A stretch of 64,000 bases of DNA from the human T2T-CHM13v2.0 reference genome, Homo sapiens. Below the pieces are notes generated by a model. It saw nothing but the letters and a program-made list of their open reading frames with translations. It searched no databases and was not told the DNA's origin. The position numbers and the translations under genes were made by a program. How positions within the stretch are numbered: the stretch's first letter is position 1; each line of letters opens with the position of its first letter. Positions 13,417 to 26,141 of the stretch are shown piece after piece. The stretch is taken from the NCBI RefSeq assembly GCF_009914755.1, contig NC_060928.1, one strand, 5' to 3'.

Positions 13417-13629
13417 CACTTACCTTAGTGTCATCATGAATATTAAATTAAAATCTACACAAAGAACATTTTCAATTTAAATCAATTATATCTTATAAGT
13501 ATCATCCATTAGAACAGAAAAGTATAAAAATAAAGTATGGATTTTTAAAATATATATAGCTTACAGAATTACATATTTCTTGCACTTCTGTTTTAGGTAT
13601 GGTTGTATATTTTTATATCCAAGTTTATT

Positions 13630-15240
13630 TTTTAATGCTCTTCTTAATATTTTATTTTGGAGCAATTTCAGGTTTAAAAAATGTTGCAAAGACAGTATAG
13701 GAAGATTTATTATACATTTCACCCAGTTTTCTCAGAAATTATCATCTGACATAACCATGGTGTATTTATCACAATTAAGAAATTAACATTAGTGAAATGC
13801 TACTGGTTAAAGATTTTATTCAAATTTTCCCAGTGTTTTCATTTTTTTTTTCTTTCTTTTAACTTTTAAGTTCAGGGGTACATATGCAGGTTTGTTACAT
13901 AGGTAAACTTGTGTCATGCAGGTTTGTTGTACAGGTTATTTCATCAACCAGGTATTAAGCCTTGTATCCATGAGTTATTTTTCCTGATCCTCTTCCTCCT
14001 CTCACCCTCCATCCTCTATAGGCCCCAGTGTGTGTTGTTCTCCTCTGTGTCCACGTGTTCTCATTATTTAGCTCCGGGTTATAAGTAAGAGTCTGCAGTT
14101 TTTTATTTTCTGTTCCCGCATAAGTTTGCTAAGGATAATTGCCTCCAGCTCCATCCATGTCCCTGCAAAGGACATGATCTCATTCTTCCTTATGGCTGAA
14201 TAGTATTCCACGGTGTAAATGTACTACAGTTTTTTAATCCAGTCTATCATTGATGGGCATTTAGATTGATTCCGCCCTTGCTATTGTGAATATGCTCTAC
14301 TGAACATACGCATGCATGTGTCTTTATAATAGAATGATTTATATTCCTTTAGGTATATATACAGTAACGGGATTCCTGGGTCAAATGGGAGTTCTGCTTT
14401 TAGATCTTCGAGAAATTGCCACACTGTCTTACACAATGGTTTAACTAATTTACACTCCCACAAACAGTAAAAAGTACTCCTTTTTCTCCACAACTTAGCC
14501 AGCATCTGTTATTTTTTGACTTTTAATAATAGCCATTCTGACTGGTGTGAGATGGTATCTCATGGTGATTTTGATTTGCATATCCCTAATGATCACTGGT
14601 GTTGAGTTTGTTTTCATATGAATGTTGGCTTCATGTATGTCTTCTTTTGAAAAGTTTCCGTTCATGTCCTTTACCCACTTTTTAATGGGGTTGTTTGTGT
14701 TTTTCTTTTTATTTTTTTTTTTTAGTTCCTTATAGATGCTGGACATTAAACCTTTGTTGGATACATAGTTTGCAAAAATTTTCTTCCATTCCATAACTTG
14801 TCTGTTTACTCCATTGATAGTTTCTTTTGTTGTGCAGAAGTTCCTTAGTTTAATTAGGTCCTATTTGTCAATGTTTTGTTTTGATTTTAATTGCTTTTGC
14901 CATCTTCATTATGAAATCTTTGCCCATTCCTTGTCCTGAATGGTATTGCTGAGGATGTCTTCCAGGGTTTTTATTATTGTGCCAAGATTTAATCCTGAAT
15001 ATTACATTGCATTTATTTGTCATGTCCCTTTAGGGTTCCAATACACATTAATTTCTCAGTCTTTATTTTTTATAACCTCATTAGTTTTGAAGAATTATTC
15101 ATTGAGCATTTTATAGAATGTCCCCAAATATGGTTCCATCTGACAATTTCTTATCTTGTTGTTGGAGTTAGAAATTTGGGGGAGAATACAACAGAAGTGC
15201 TATTTTCCTTGCATTATATTAGGTAATACTCATTAGGTAA
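13630..15240 (-). mobile_element. L1MC4/5-like 3' fragment split by a younger L1PA (pieces ~13630-13840 and ~14980-15240)
   Basis: ttgcaaagacagtataggaaga...cacccagtttt...aagaaattaacatt, resuming as acattgcatttatttgtcatgtcccttta...gagaatacaacagaagtg. Confidence 0.75.
13842..14973 (-). mobile_element. L1PA11-13-like, 5'-truncated (ORF2 C-terminus plus 3'UTR)
   Basis: ORF remnants [14 protein letters not shown]...[13 protein letters not shown] and ELPFDPGIPLL; poly(T) at the left end. Confidence 0.92.
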
Positions 15241-15629
15241 AATGTCTTATAATTAACTGACACTAAGTTTAGAAATTTCTTGGCTGTTATTTCTTTAAAT
15301 GCTTCTTCCTCCACATTTTTCCTGTCTTTTCCCAGTTCCAGTTACACACATATTAATCTTTTTTATATTGTGTCATCCTTTTTGGAATTTTTAAAGAAAC
15401 TTTCTATATGCATTGCAAGTGTGGTAATTTTTATTTACCTATATTCAAGTTACTGATTATTTCCTCAACTATGTTGAATCTATTAACGGTTTCATTAAAA
15501 TAATTCTTTAATTATGTTAGTAGTTTTCTTGCCTTATTTTTAGCAATTAAGTTCGATTTCACTTATAGTGGAACTGTAAGTTTCCACTTTTCTGAAGAAA
15601 TTATTCATCTTGTCTTGACAAAACTTTGT

Positions 15630-16060
15630 AGCAATCCAAATGTTCATCAAAAAGTAAACGGATAAATAAAATCCATACATCCATGCAATGGAATTCTATA
15701 GAACAATAAAGAACAAACTGACAGATGCTACAACATAGAAGAATCTCAAAAGTGGCTTTGTGAAAAAAAGCCTGATTAAAAATACTACATAATACGTGAT
15801 GTAATTTATTTGAAATTTTCTTAAAAGTTAGATGTATAGAGATAGAATATCTATCAAAAAAAAAAAAGAAAGTCTGTCAATGTTTGCTTAGGCTTGGTGG
15901 GAATAAGACTTAAATGCAAAGGAACACAGAAATACTTCAGAGCATGATGAAAATGTTCTAAAACCTGATTTTAATGATGATTGCAGAAATCTTTAAATTT
16001 ACTGAAAATTCTTAAATTATATACTTAGATACTTGTTGCTGCATATAAATTATACTTTAA
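15630..16060 (+). mobile_element. L1ME-like 3' fragment
   Basis: caatccaaatgttcatcaa...ggataaataaa...atccatgcaatggaattcta...gatgaaaatgttctaaa. Confidence 0.7.
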
Positions 16061-18719
16061 CCTCTTAAGTTAACATAAATCTGACAGTTTCATACTAACT
16101 TAACTTGTCCGACCTCTATGATCTCATATTCCATGATCCTCAATCATGAAACATTAAACTTAAACTCCTCTGTAGACATCATACTCCCTATATCTCTGAC
16201 TATTCCATAAACTTTGACACTTCTGGCCTGATTTTCCCTTCACTTGAAATGCATTACCCATCTGTATGCTGGAGGTTTCCTATTTAATTCTTCAGAATCA
16301 TGTTGACTGTTTCTACTTCTAAAGCTGTTCTTTGATCAGTTAGGGTAAGGTAGCCTCTAGGCTTTCATAATATCTTCAGTACAACTCTGACAAAGCAATT
16401 AATATATTGCAATGCATTTGAATGCAATGTACTTGAGCTAGAGTTACTCAATAGCACAGAATTTGTCTTTATTGTTATCACTGGAAGTTATCACAATGGC
16501 TAATGTAAATATTTGTTTAATAGTAAACTAGTAAATAGTAAAATAGTAAAATAAACTAATAAGAATTTACACAATATTTTTATATAGCTATTGATATTCT
16601 ATATAAAAGTCATCAATAATAGTACACGTACTGGCTAGTACACTTACTGACACTTAATAGAAACTCCCCAGACAGATGAATCAATGAATATGTTTATCAC
16701 TAAGTATATTTTCCTATTGAACTTTTCAAACTGTGAAATTGTTAATAAGTAGCTTTAAAGGTTATTACATAATTCTAACTTTTCTAGATTAATTCACCAT
16801 CTGTGGGTTAGATTTTTTATTTTAACATTTCAGTATTTACTTTCCTTTTCTAAATTAAATATTTATTTGGAGCCAAAATTTTACATTAATCCTGAGTCTT
16901 TCAGTTAATCTCCAAAATATTATAATAATAATGAGCTAAAATCAAATATCTGTTTGGGCAAATATTGTTCTCTGAGCAGAGAGCATTGTTTGAGAGGACA
17001 CATTGATAGTAAAAAATTGTATGAGCTTCTATTTAACATAATTATGACTGAAAATATTCAATCTGCATAGCACATTTTACCTATCGGAGCATAATTTTTT
17101 GTGTTAGATGTATAAAATGTACCTTTATCATTGCATCTTTAATAATATAACGTGTGATTGGTTGTATAAAATGTGCTTCCGCTCTTGGGAATCCTCTGAG
17201 ATACTTATTTCATGACGGCGTGGTAATTGCTGTCACGACTTTGCTTGATGATGGTGAATAATTAGGGTCTCATCTAGTACTTCTCTTTCTAAAAGACCTT
17301 TATCAACATTAACACTTCTGACCTTTTTAATTGCACGGATTAAATAGATGGTTATTAATGTTCTGTACTTTCAGTTCCTGGAGCATGAAATAATGTTTTC
17401 TTTCTCAATAGCATTCAGCAAGTTTACATTTCCCTCAGTAAATGTGACTTTAAAGGTGGCACCATAGTGGGTAATAATTTGGTATTCATAACGCTTTCAG
17501 CTACACTTAGCAGCTTCTCGGTGTTTGCTAAATCCTCATTGATGCATCCATGTCATTCTAATTATAGATTTTGACTGAGCTGCACAAATGCATGCACCCC
17601 TTTATTACAGAAACCAAGAAAAACTATTTATAAGTTTTTCTGTCTTTTCTCTTTTCATACAAAATTTAAAATGGTGGCTTTTGCACTTGTCATTCAAACC
17701 TGCCAGAGAATGACAAACAATATTGAAGCAATGTTGAGAACACAGAGCAGTACTGTAGAATTAAAGTTAGCTTTGATATACAAGCTCCCAATTAGGCTCC
17801 CAATTGTTCCCTTCTGGAAGAAATGAAAAAATAATGTAGTGTGAGAAAAACTTTTGTTGGCATATGTGCCAGAAGGAAAAAATTCTTACTTGGGAAAAAG
17901 GGTTTTGCACAATAATGCATCTATGAATAAAAGAATATAAGTTAACCTGTAGTTATAATTTATGCATGTGCATGTACTTGTATTATGCACAAATAATAGC
18001 CATGTTTATCTGTGCATATATTTATGCATAAATATGCATCTGTCATATATATATTAAACATATATGCATACAGAGTGATTAAAATCTATCAGCTGTATAT
18101 TAAAATATTTATATTATTTATATCAGGGTATATTGCAAACCCAAGAACAAATTGTAACTCCTTTCACATTTTTCTAATCATTATATCTGGACTAGCAGTT
18201 GGAAATTAAACCTGTAGTTTTACCTTTTATGGCTTAACATGGACGTAGTTCAAACAAAATGAAGGTAGATGAGTGAGAAACTTGGCAAACATGAGAGAAA
18301 AATCTCTTACTTTTCACATATGCAAAACCCATTTGAACCTAATCATTTTAATGCTGACATGAACAGCTGTGCTAGTTCTCATGATTTGATAATGAGGGTT
18401 GTGAATATATAAGGCAGTTTCTAGAAAGCTAATACTTTGTAGACTAAAAGTAATTGTGTGTGGCAGAGTACATATGCACACAGGATTTTAAACCATTTTC
18501 ATAATCTAGTTTCCACTTTCTCCATTATACTTTGTGTTGGAATTGCATTTCAAAAAGAAAAAAGTAGTATGTAATATATTTTATAAGTTACTATAAAAAT
18601 GTCCAGAGGAAAAAATATTTAATCTCATGATTTGTACTTGTTTTGCAGTTTTCATATGTTGAAATGTATCATAGGTATATTCACTGGCTTTTGCTTCATA
18701 ACTCTGTGGGAAAAAAAGC

Positions 18720-18800
18720 TGAGATATTATCTTTTTATTTCTGTTTGACAAAACTGAGCAGTTACTTAGAGATTAAGTGACTTGCCAAAGATGACATAAT
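18720..18800 (-). mobile_element. MIR core fragment
   Basis: aaactgag...agagattaagtgacttgccaaagatgacata. Confidence 0.65.
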
Positions 18801-19609
18801 ACATCATGATTAAGGTGCCTCTTGATACTTTCACAGATTTTGTTGCCCTCTGAACATTATAATATGTTAATCACCAAATCATGTGTTATTTTTCATACTG
18901 TTCAGGAATCTTTTTGCAAATCCATGAACAAGTAGAATCCATGAGAAAGAGAAAATGCTCAGTAAGTAGCTATAGAAAATTTTAAATAAAAATGTAGATT
19001 TATAAATTTCATAACCTCATAACATTACAAATAAAAATAGTCTTCAAAGAGGAAAATACAGAAATAACTAAAATAAAATGGAAGAAATTTATTTTCCAAG
19101 GAACTGTCTTGACTATTCTAGCTTCAATTTGAACAATATTTCTGAGGAAATTACTAACCATATATCTATACGTTTACGGGGAAGTTTACTTAAACCTTTA
19201 TTTGACAATCTATAGACCAGAAAAAATATTAATATGAGAGGTTAAACTAGGTTAAATTTCAGCATATTTTAGTTAGAATTTAGTCTAAATTATAAGGGTA
19301 GTTAATACAATCCAAATGAGAAGAAGCATACAAAACTATTTTTCTAATTCTAATATTTATTTAAAGTGGATAGGTTCAAAGAGACATAAAAGGAATCACA
19401 GGGAATATCACAGCCAGATTCTTCTAATGGGAACATTTTTTAAAATTAGACAAAATTTTCATTAATTACCAGAATAATTAAAATTTTCACAATAGAATAA
19501 TTACTTATAAAGCTATAAAGAAAATATTGAAAGAAATAATGGCTAAGAGATTTCCAAAGTAAGTGTCAGACACTTAAAATAAGTCACTTAGAATTATAAA
19601 TAATGTGAG

Positions 19610-20330
19610 TATATTAGTGAGCTTTCTGTAGTTATACTACAGTAATAATCCCTTAATATCACAATATTAGTTTTATTTCTTGGTCATATATATGTTGCTA
19701 TGGTCAAATGTGGCCCTGCTTACCACCTGTCTGTTTTCATGCTGCTAATGAAGACAAACCTGAGAATGGGTAACTTATAAAGGAAAGAGGTTTAATTGAC
19801 TCACAGTTCAGCATGGCTGAGGAGGCCTCAGGAAACTTACAATCATGTTGGAAGGGGAAGCAAACACATCCTTCTTTATATGGTGGCCACAAGGAGACGT
19901 GCCAAGCTAAAGGGTGAAGAGCCCCTTGTAAAACCATCAGATCTCATGCGAACTCACTCACTATCATGAGAACAGCATCATGGGGGTAACCGCCCCCATG
20001 ATTCAATTACTTCTCACTGGGTCCCTCCCATGACATGTGGGGATCATGGAAACTACAACTCGAAATGAGATTTGGGCAGGACACAGTCAAACCATATCAC
20101 CACCTTTATCTTTTAGGGTCCCAATCAAAGGAAAATTTCTAATTTTGTCTCTTGGAAGTTTTACCCAGATGTGGCTTATGTCACTCCTGTGCATATTTCC
20201 TTTTCTAAAGCAAGTCACATGTCCAATCCTGAAGTCACTTTGGTGAGAAGTGTGCTCCTCCTCTAGGGAGAGACTCTGTAAGTATAAAACCAAAGAGGGG
20301 CATGGATATTTTTGAACAAATACAAAAACA
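19610..20330 (-). mobile_element. MLT1 (J/K/L-like) MaLR LTR remnant, split by THE1C
   Basis: tcactcctgtgcatatttcc...aaagcaagtcacatgtccaatcctga; left piece ttttatttcttggtcatatatatg. Confidence 0.55.
19728..20099 (-). mobile_element. THE1C solo LTR (ERVL-MaLR)
   Basis: Matches THE1C through aaaccatatca; perfect 5-bp TSD ccacc at 19723-27 and 20100-04. Confidence 0.93.
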
Positions 20331-21476
20331 TATTGCAGAAAAATTTGTGAACATATTTTCAAAAGCTCTCACATCCAGAAATAGATATTTGGTTCTCTAT
20401 GTGACATTACCCACTACTGCATATAATTGTGGATTCTTCAAGAATATCATGTCATCTGTAAAATTTAGGAGCCAATTTGGGAAAAAAAATCATTACTTTC
20501 CACTCAAGATCACGTATAAAACTGTAGAAAAATCTGTAATGCTGACTACAGACAGTTTAACAGCATTAGTCATAGTAAATACACTGGGGAAAGGGGATTA
20601 TGTGTCATTGTCAAGGAAGCTGGGAGGTAAATAGTTGGCTACTTCTGATAACATATAGAGGATGACTAGCCATGGAACTTAACTGAAACCCATAAATCAA
20701 AAACACATATTTAAAGACTCTACAATGAAGAACCAGTGAGTAAGAAATGAAGGTTTATATTTTCCTAGTAGATATATCTGAGCAGATATATATGTGACAC
20801 ACAGGTATATATATGTATGTGTGTGTGTGTGCATCTTCTGAGGAAATACCTCAAATTATCCCAAAATTATCTGAGTTAGGTATTAAGTGAATTTCTAGAT
20901 GTTCTGCCTCTTTAATTCCATATCTCATAAATTTTCATTGATACTGCAAAATATGATAGAGATTAACTGGTATTTTAAGGAATTGGGCTGGTGTCGTAAA
21001 TGGTAAAATAAGTGGCGGAGTAACTCCATTCAGAAACCATCCAACAAAATCCAACGTACCACAGTATATCTTAAGACACTAATGTTTTCAGATGGTCTTA
21101 ATGACTAAATGATTTTTGAAGAAAAGGGAAATAATTTATTCCAAATGATCTCTTGATTGTATTTCCATAATTTTAGCTCATATACATTATGTATTCACTT
21201 ATTTACATATTTGTTTCATAAAATAAAATTGGATCATCAAATATGTGCCTAAGAAGATGTCTGTTTTACAATATGTTCTGCAATTTTCATTTTTTTGGAT
21301 TAAGAATGTTTCTGATGAATAAATACATGTGTATGTATGTGCATATGTGCATGTGTGTACATTGAGAAAGTTACTTAAATTCTTAACCTTAGTCTCGTCT
21401 TACGTCAAATTAAGAAAATATCTCTTAGTTGAGAATCTTTCAGGTGCAAGTGAAAAAAAATTATCTGAATTAATTT

Positions 21477-22904
21477 TTTTTTTTTTAGTTTTTTTTTATT
21501 ATTATACTTTAAGTTTTAGGGTACATGTGCACATTGTGCAGGTTAGTTACATATATATATACATGTGCCATGCTGGTGTGCTGCACCCATTAACTCATCA
21601 TTTAGCATTAGATATATCTCCCAATGCTATCCCTCCCCCCTCCCCCCACCCCACCACAGTCCCCAGAGTGTGATATTCCCCTTCCTGTGTCCATGTGATC
21701 TCATTGTTCAATTCCCACCTATGAGTGAGAATATGCGGTGTTTGGTTTTTTGTTCTTGCGATGGTTTACTGAGAATGATGGTTTCCAATTTCATCCATGT
21801 CCCTACAAAGGACATGAACTCATCATTTTTTATGGCTGCATAGTATTCTATGGTGTATATGTGCCACATTTTCTTAATCCAGTCTATCATTGTTGGACAT
21901 TTGGGTTGGTTCCAAGTCTTTGCTATTGTGAATAATGCCGCAATAAACATACGTGTGCATGTGTTTTTATAGCAGCATGATTTATAGTCATTTGGGTATA
22001 TACCCAGTAATGGGATGGCTGGGTCAAATGGTATTTCTAGTTCTAGATCCCTGAGGAATTGCCACACGGACTTCCACAATGGTTGAACTAGTTTACAGTC
22101 CCACCAACAGTGTAAGAGTGTTCCTATTTCTCCACATCCTCTCCAGCACCTGTTGTTTCCTGACTTTTTAATGATTGCCATTCTAACTGGTGTGAGATGA
22201 TATCTCATAGTGGTTTTGATTTGCATTTCTCCGATGGCCAGTGATGATGAGCATTTTTTCATGTATTTTTTGGCTGCATAAATGTCTTCTTTTGAGAAGT
22301 GTCTGTTCATGTCCTTTGCCCACTTTTTGATGGGGTTGTTTGTTTTTTTCTTGTAAATTTGTTTGAGTTCATTGTAGATTCTGGATATTAGCCCTTTGTC
22401 AGATGAGTAGGTTGCGAAAATTTTCTCCCATGTCCTCTGGGGGCAGGGCACAGACAAACAAAAAGACAGCAGTAACCTCTGCAGACTTAAATGTCCCTGT
22501 CTGACAGCTTTGAAGAGAGCAGTGGTTCTCCCAGCACGCAGCTGGAGATCTGAGAATGGGCAGACTGCCTCCTCAAGTGGGTCCCTGACCCCTGACCCCC
22601 GAGCAGCCTAACTGGGAGGCACCCCCCAGCAGGGGCACACTGACACCTCACACGGCAGGGTATTCCAACAGACCTGCAGCTGAGGGTCCTGTTTGTTAGA
22701 AGGAAAACTAACAAACAGAAAGGACATCCACACCGAAAACCCATCTGTACATCACCATCATCAAAGACCAAAAGTAGATAAAACCACAAAGATGGGGAAA
22801 AAACAGAACAGAAAAACTGGAAACTCTAAAACGCAGAGCGCCTCTCCTCCTCCAAAGGAACGCACTTCCTCATCAGCAACGGAACAAAGCTGGATGGAGA
22901 ATGA
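21477..22904 (-). mobile_element. L1PA2-like insertion with 5' inversion: 3' end on minus (21477-22433), 5'UTR/ORF1 start on plus (22434-22904)
   Basis: 17-bp TSD attatctgaattaattt (21460-76 and 22904-20); open ORF2 C-terminus [14 protein letters not shown]...SLIGGN; ORF1 start MGKKQNRKTGNSKTQSAS at 22792. Confidence 0.96.
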
Positions 22905-24681
22905 TTATCTGAATTAATTTAAAAAATCTATAGATATAATAGCTTCAGATGTAACTGGATACTGAGAGTTCAAACAATGTAGTCAAGTTTCTGTTACCTT
23001 CTTCCTTTATATTATGCCCTTCCTCTGTATGTAGATTTAACTCTTTTATCACACTTTTTAGTTGTAGTAAGGAAATTGATATTAATGGTCAAGATTAGAA
23101 TCCTCCCTACATTGTAACCTATGAGAAGAAGAGCATCTACTCCTCTAACCTTGGGAGAAAATTATGTAACCGACTTGGCTTTAATCAAAATTTTTTCCTG
23201 AATTAATCATATGATCATGGAGATGTGTCCCTTTTGAGAAGGTTAGAGATGACCATTGACACATCCACTTTGACGATAAGGAATTCAGGAAGGCTGATTC
23301 CCTAAAGAAAGGGACATTGACCTAGACACATGTGTCCACTAAAATTACATGGGCAAGTGACATAAAAATGCCTCTGAAGTGGTTAAAAATTGTCCAGAAC
23401 TTTTCCAACTGAAAGAAAAATGTGATAATTTCTAGCAGATATGGTGGTGCCCATATTTCTATATAATTAGGAATCTATTTTCAGCTCTGAACTATCTCAA
23501 GTTTATTTTTCCCACTGAAAGACAATCTGGAAAAATATTGCTTATTATTTCACCAGGTGGAATATGATGACAGATTATCAGGAGACCCACAGAAAAAACT
23601 ACTACAGCACAGCACAAATAGAAATGGAAACCACTGTCTGGTAGGAAATAAAACACTCTAGATGGATATTTTTATAGAGAAAGAAAGTAAAGCCGTCTTA
23701 GCAATCAATTAATGGAGGTTTTTTTTAAAAACTTTATCTTTGCCCAATTATAGAGTCTTTTTTTAAGTAATAATGAATATTATGATTTGAGAAAGTAAAA
23801 ATTTGTCCTAGAGCTGTGTGGATTGAATAAGTGATGTGAAAGATGGAAATAGTTGAAATATTTAAGCAGACATAGAACAAAATAAGATGAAAAATTGAGA
23901 CCATATCAACGTCAAGAAATTTCTCAAATTTGAAAAAAACAAATTTGCTAGTTTTTAAGAAACAAAGCGTTGATAAGTCAATTCAGGATGCCACTTTATA
24001 TGCATTTATTACATATTTATTCTTCCATTGGATCTATTTATATTATTCTCAACTAGTATTTTCTACATTGCGATAATTTTCTGATTCTAGTTCCTCTGTA
24101 GTGTGTTTTCTCTCTGGCAATATTTAGATTTTAATATTAAATCTTAGTGTTCTGAGATTTCACAACAATTAAATTAGGTATAAGTGGTTTTTCACTCATT
24201 TAATGAGATACTCATGGGGCCCCTTAAATATGAAAACTCCTTTAGTTGTTTGGCTATAGGCATTTATGTTGTATTGCTCTAATTGTTCCTTTTATTATTT
24301 TCCTCCTCTTTCAGTGTTTTTCTTTCAGAACTTCTCTTAATAGATATTGACTATATAGTGTTGAGAAAACAAAAAATGATAGAGGGAGCCCTCTCCATAA
24401 GACACAGTAAAAGGAGTTTAACTACTGAATAAGCATATCTAAAGTACACTGCATATTGTAAGCAGTCTGTAAAAGAGGCTATAAAGTCCAGATAGAATTT
24501 TCATAAATTAATTCAGTAAAGCAGAAGAAAGAAAAATTAAAATTAAACTTTTATCTCTTTGAGAGATAAATTATTGCACCTTGGAATAGTCTCCTGTAAT
24601 TCCTGGGAGACTCCTGAGGTCAGTTTGGAGGCAAGAGTTTACAGTTTCCAGAGCCAGAAAGCCTTAAAAACAATAGGCCAG

Positions 24682-25145
24682 TGTTGAACCATCCTTCCGT
24701 CCCAGGGATAAATTCCAGTTGCTCATGTGTGACACTGTTAATGTGCTGTTGAATTTGGTTTGCTAGTATTTTGTTGAGGATCCTTGCATCTATGTTCATC
24801 AAGGAAATTAGCCTGTGATTTTCTTTTCTTCTAGTGTCCTTCTGTGGATCAGGTATCAGCGTAATGCTGGCCTCATACAATGAGTTTGGATTCCTCTTAA
24901 ATTTTCTGTAAGAGTTTGAGAAGTATTATTCTTAAATGATTGTATCTTTTCAAAATGTTTGGTAAAATTCCCCAGTGAAGCCATCAGGTCCTGGATGGGC
25001 ATCTTTTAAAAATGGTAATTCACTTGACTTTGGTAATTATTTCACAGTATATATGTATATAAAGATATCATGTTGTATGCTCTAAATATATGTAATTTTT
25101 ATTTGTCAATTATACTTCAGTAAAACTAAGGGAGTTTTTAAGAAA
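24682..25145 (+). mobile_element. L1MA-like extreme 3' end (25010-25135, +) joined to an inverted ORF2 RT-region piece (24682-24995, -)
   Basis: Minus-strand peptide YEASITLIP...[23 protein letters not shown]; plus-strand ggtaattatttcacagtatat...tttatttgtcaattatacttcagtaaaact. Confidence 0.8.
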
Positions 25146-25239
25146 AACCACAATAGAACAGACAAATTTGGAGTTTATGATGTTTTCAGGGAGACACACT
25201 GAGGGGAATGGGAAAAAATTGTATAATTTTATCCTTACA

Positions 25240-25500
25240 ATAGTGATACTAGCTAACATTTGCCAAGCAATTAATAATGTCAAACACATTACTAAGGACT
25301 TTACATGTATTAAATGACTTATTCACATAATAACACTAAAGAATGGTTATTATTATTGATATTATTATTATCTCTATTCTAAAAGTGAGAAAGAAACAGG
25401 GAAGCTAAATTACTTGCCTGAGTTGACACAGGTATTAAGGGACAGCCAGTATTAATCCCTGGCAGTCTGGCTCCAGAGCCTATAGTCAAGCATCCCACTT
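25240..25500 (-). mobile_element. MIR, near full length
   Basis: agctaacatttg...actttacatgtatta...acttgcctgagttgacacag...ggcagtctggctccagagcc. Confidence 0.85.
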
Positions 25501-25778
25501 AGTACTTTTCTATGTACCTTTTCTATCTCTATTTTTTCTTTTGTTAATAATATCCTTTTAGTCTTCCTGGACCTTTAACAGCCCATTCTTCTACTTCAGC
25601 AATGCACTCCTCAGCTTAGTTCATTCTGCTCTTTGGTCTATGAATTAGACTTTTATTCTTTAAATATACGTTTTAAATTAAAAGTACTATAGATATTTAT
25701 TTGTTGTATATGACATATTCTAAAATATCTTGAAAATATTAAATAAAGCTATTCTAAAACCTCTGTTTTCCCTATTTT

Positions 25779-26141
25779 GATACTCAGTTTGAGCTGCTAT
25801 GACAAATTACCTTAGACTGAGTGGCTTAACAACACGTATTTATATCTCACAGTTCTGGAGGCCAGAAAATTGAAGATCAAGATGTCAGATCCAGTGTGTT
25901 TTGTGAGTCTACTTCCTGGTTTACAGATGGAAGTTTTGTATTCTCATATGGCAGAGATCAGAGAAAAAAGAAAACTCTTGTGTCTCTTCTTATAACAGCA
26001 TTGATCCTACTCATGAGATTCTATCCTACTGACCTACTTACCTTCAAAAAAAAAAAAAACAACCTGCCTCCTAATACAATCACACTGGGGCTAGTATTTC
26101 AGCATGTAAGTTTTGACGGCCACAAACATTCATCCCTAACA
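25779..26141 (-). mobile_element. MLT1A-type solo LTR
   Basis: gctgctatgacaaattaccttagactgagtggcttaacaac...ctcacagttctggaggc...cacaaacattcatccctaaca. Confidence 0.88.
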
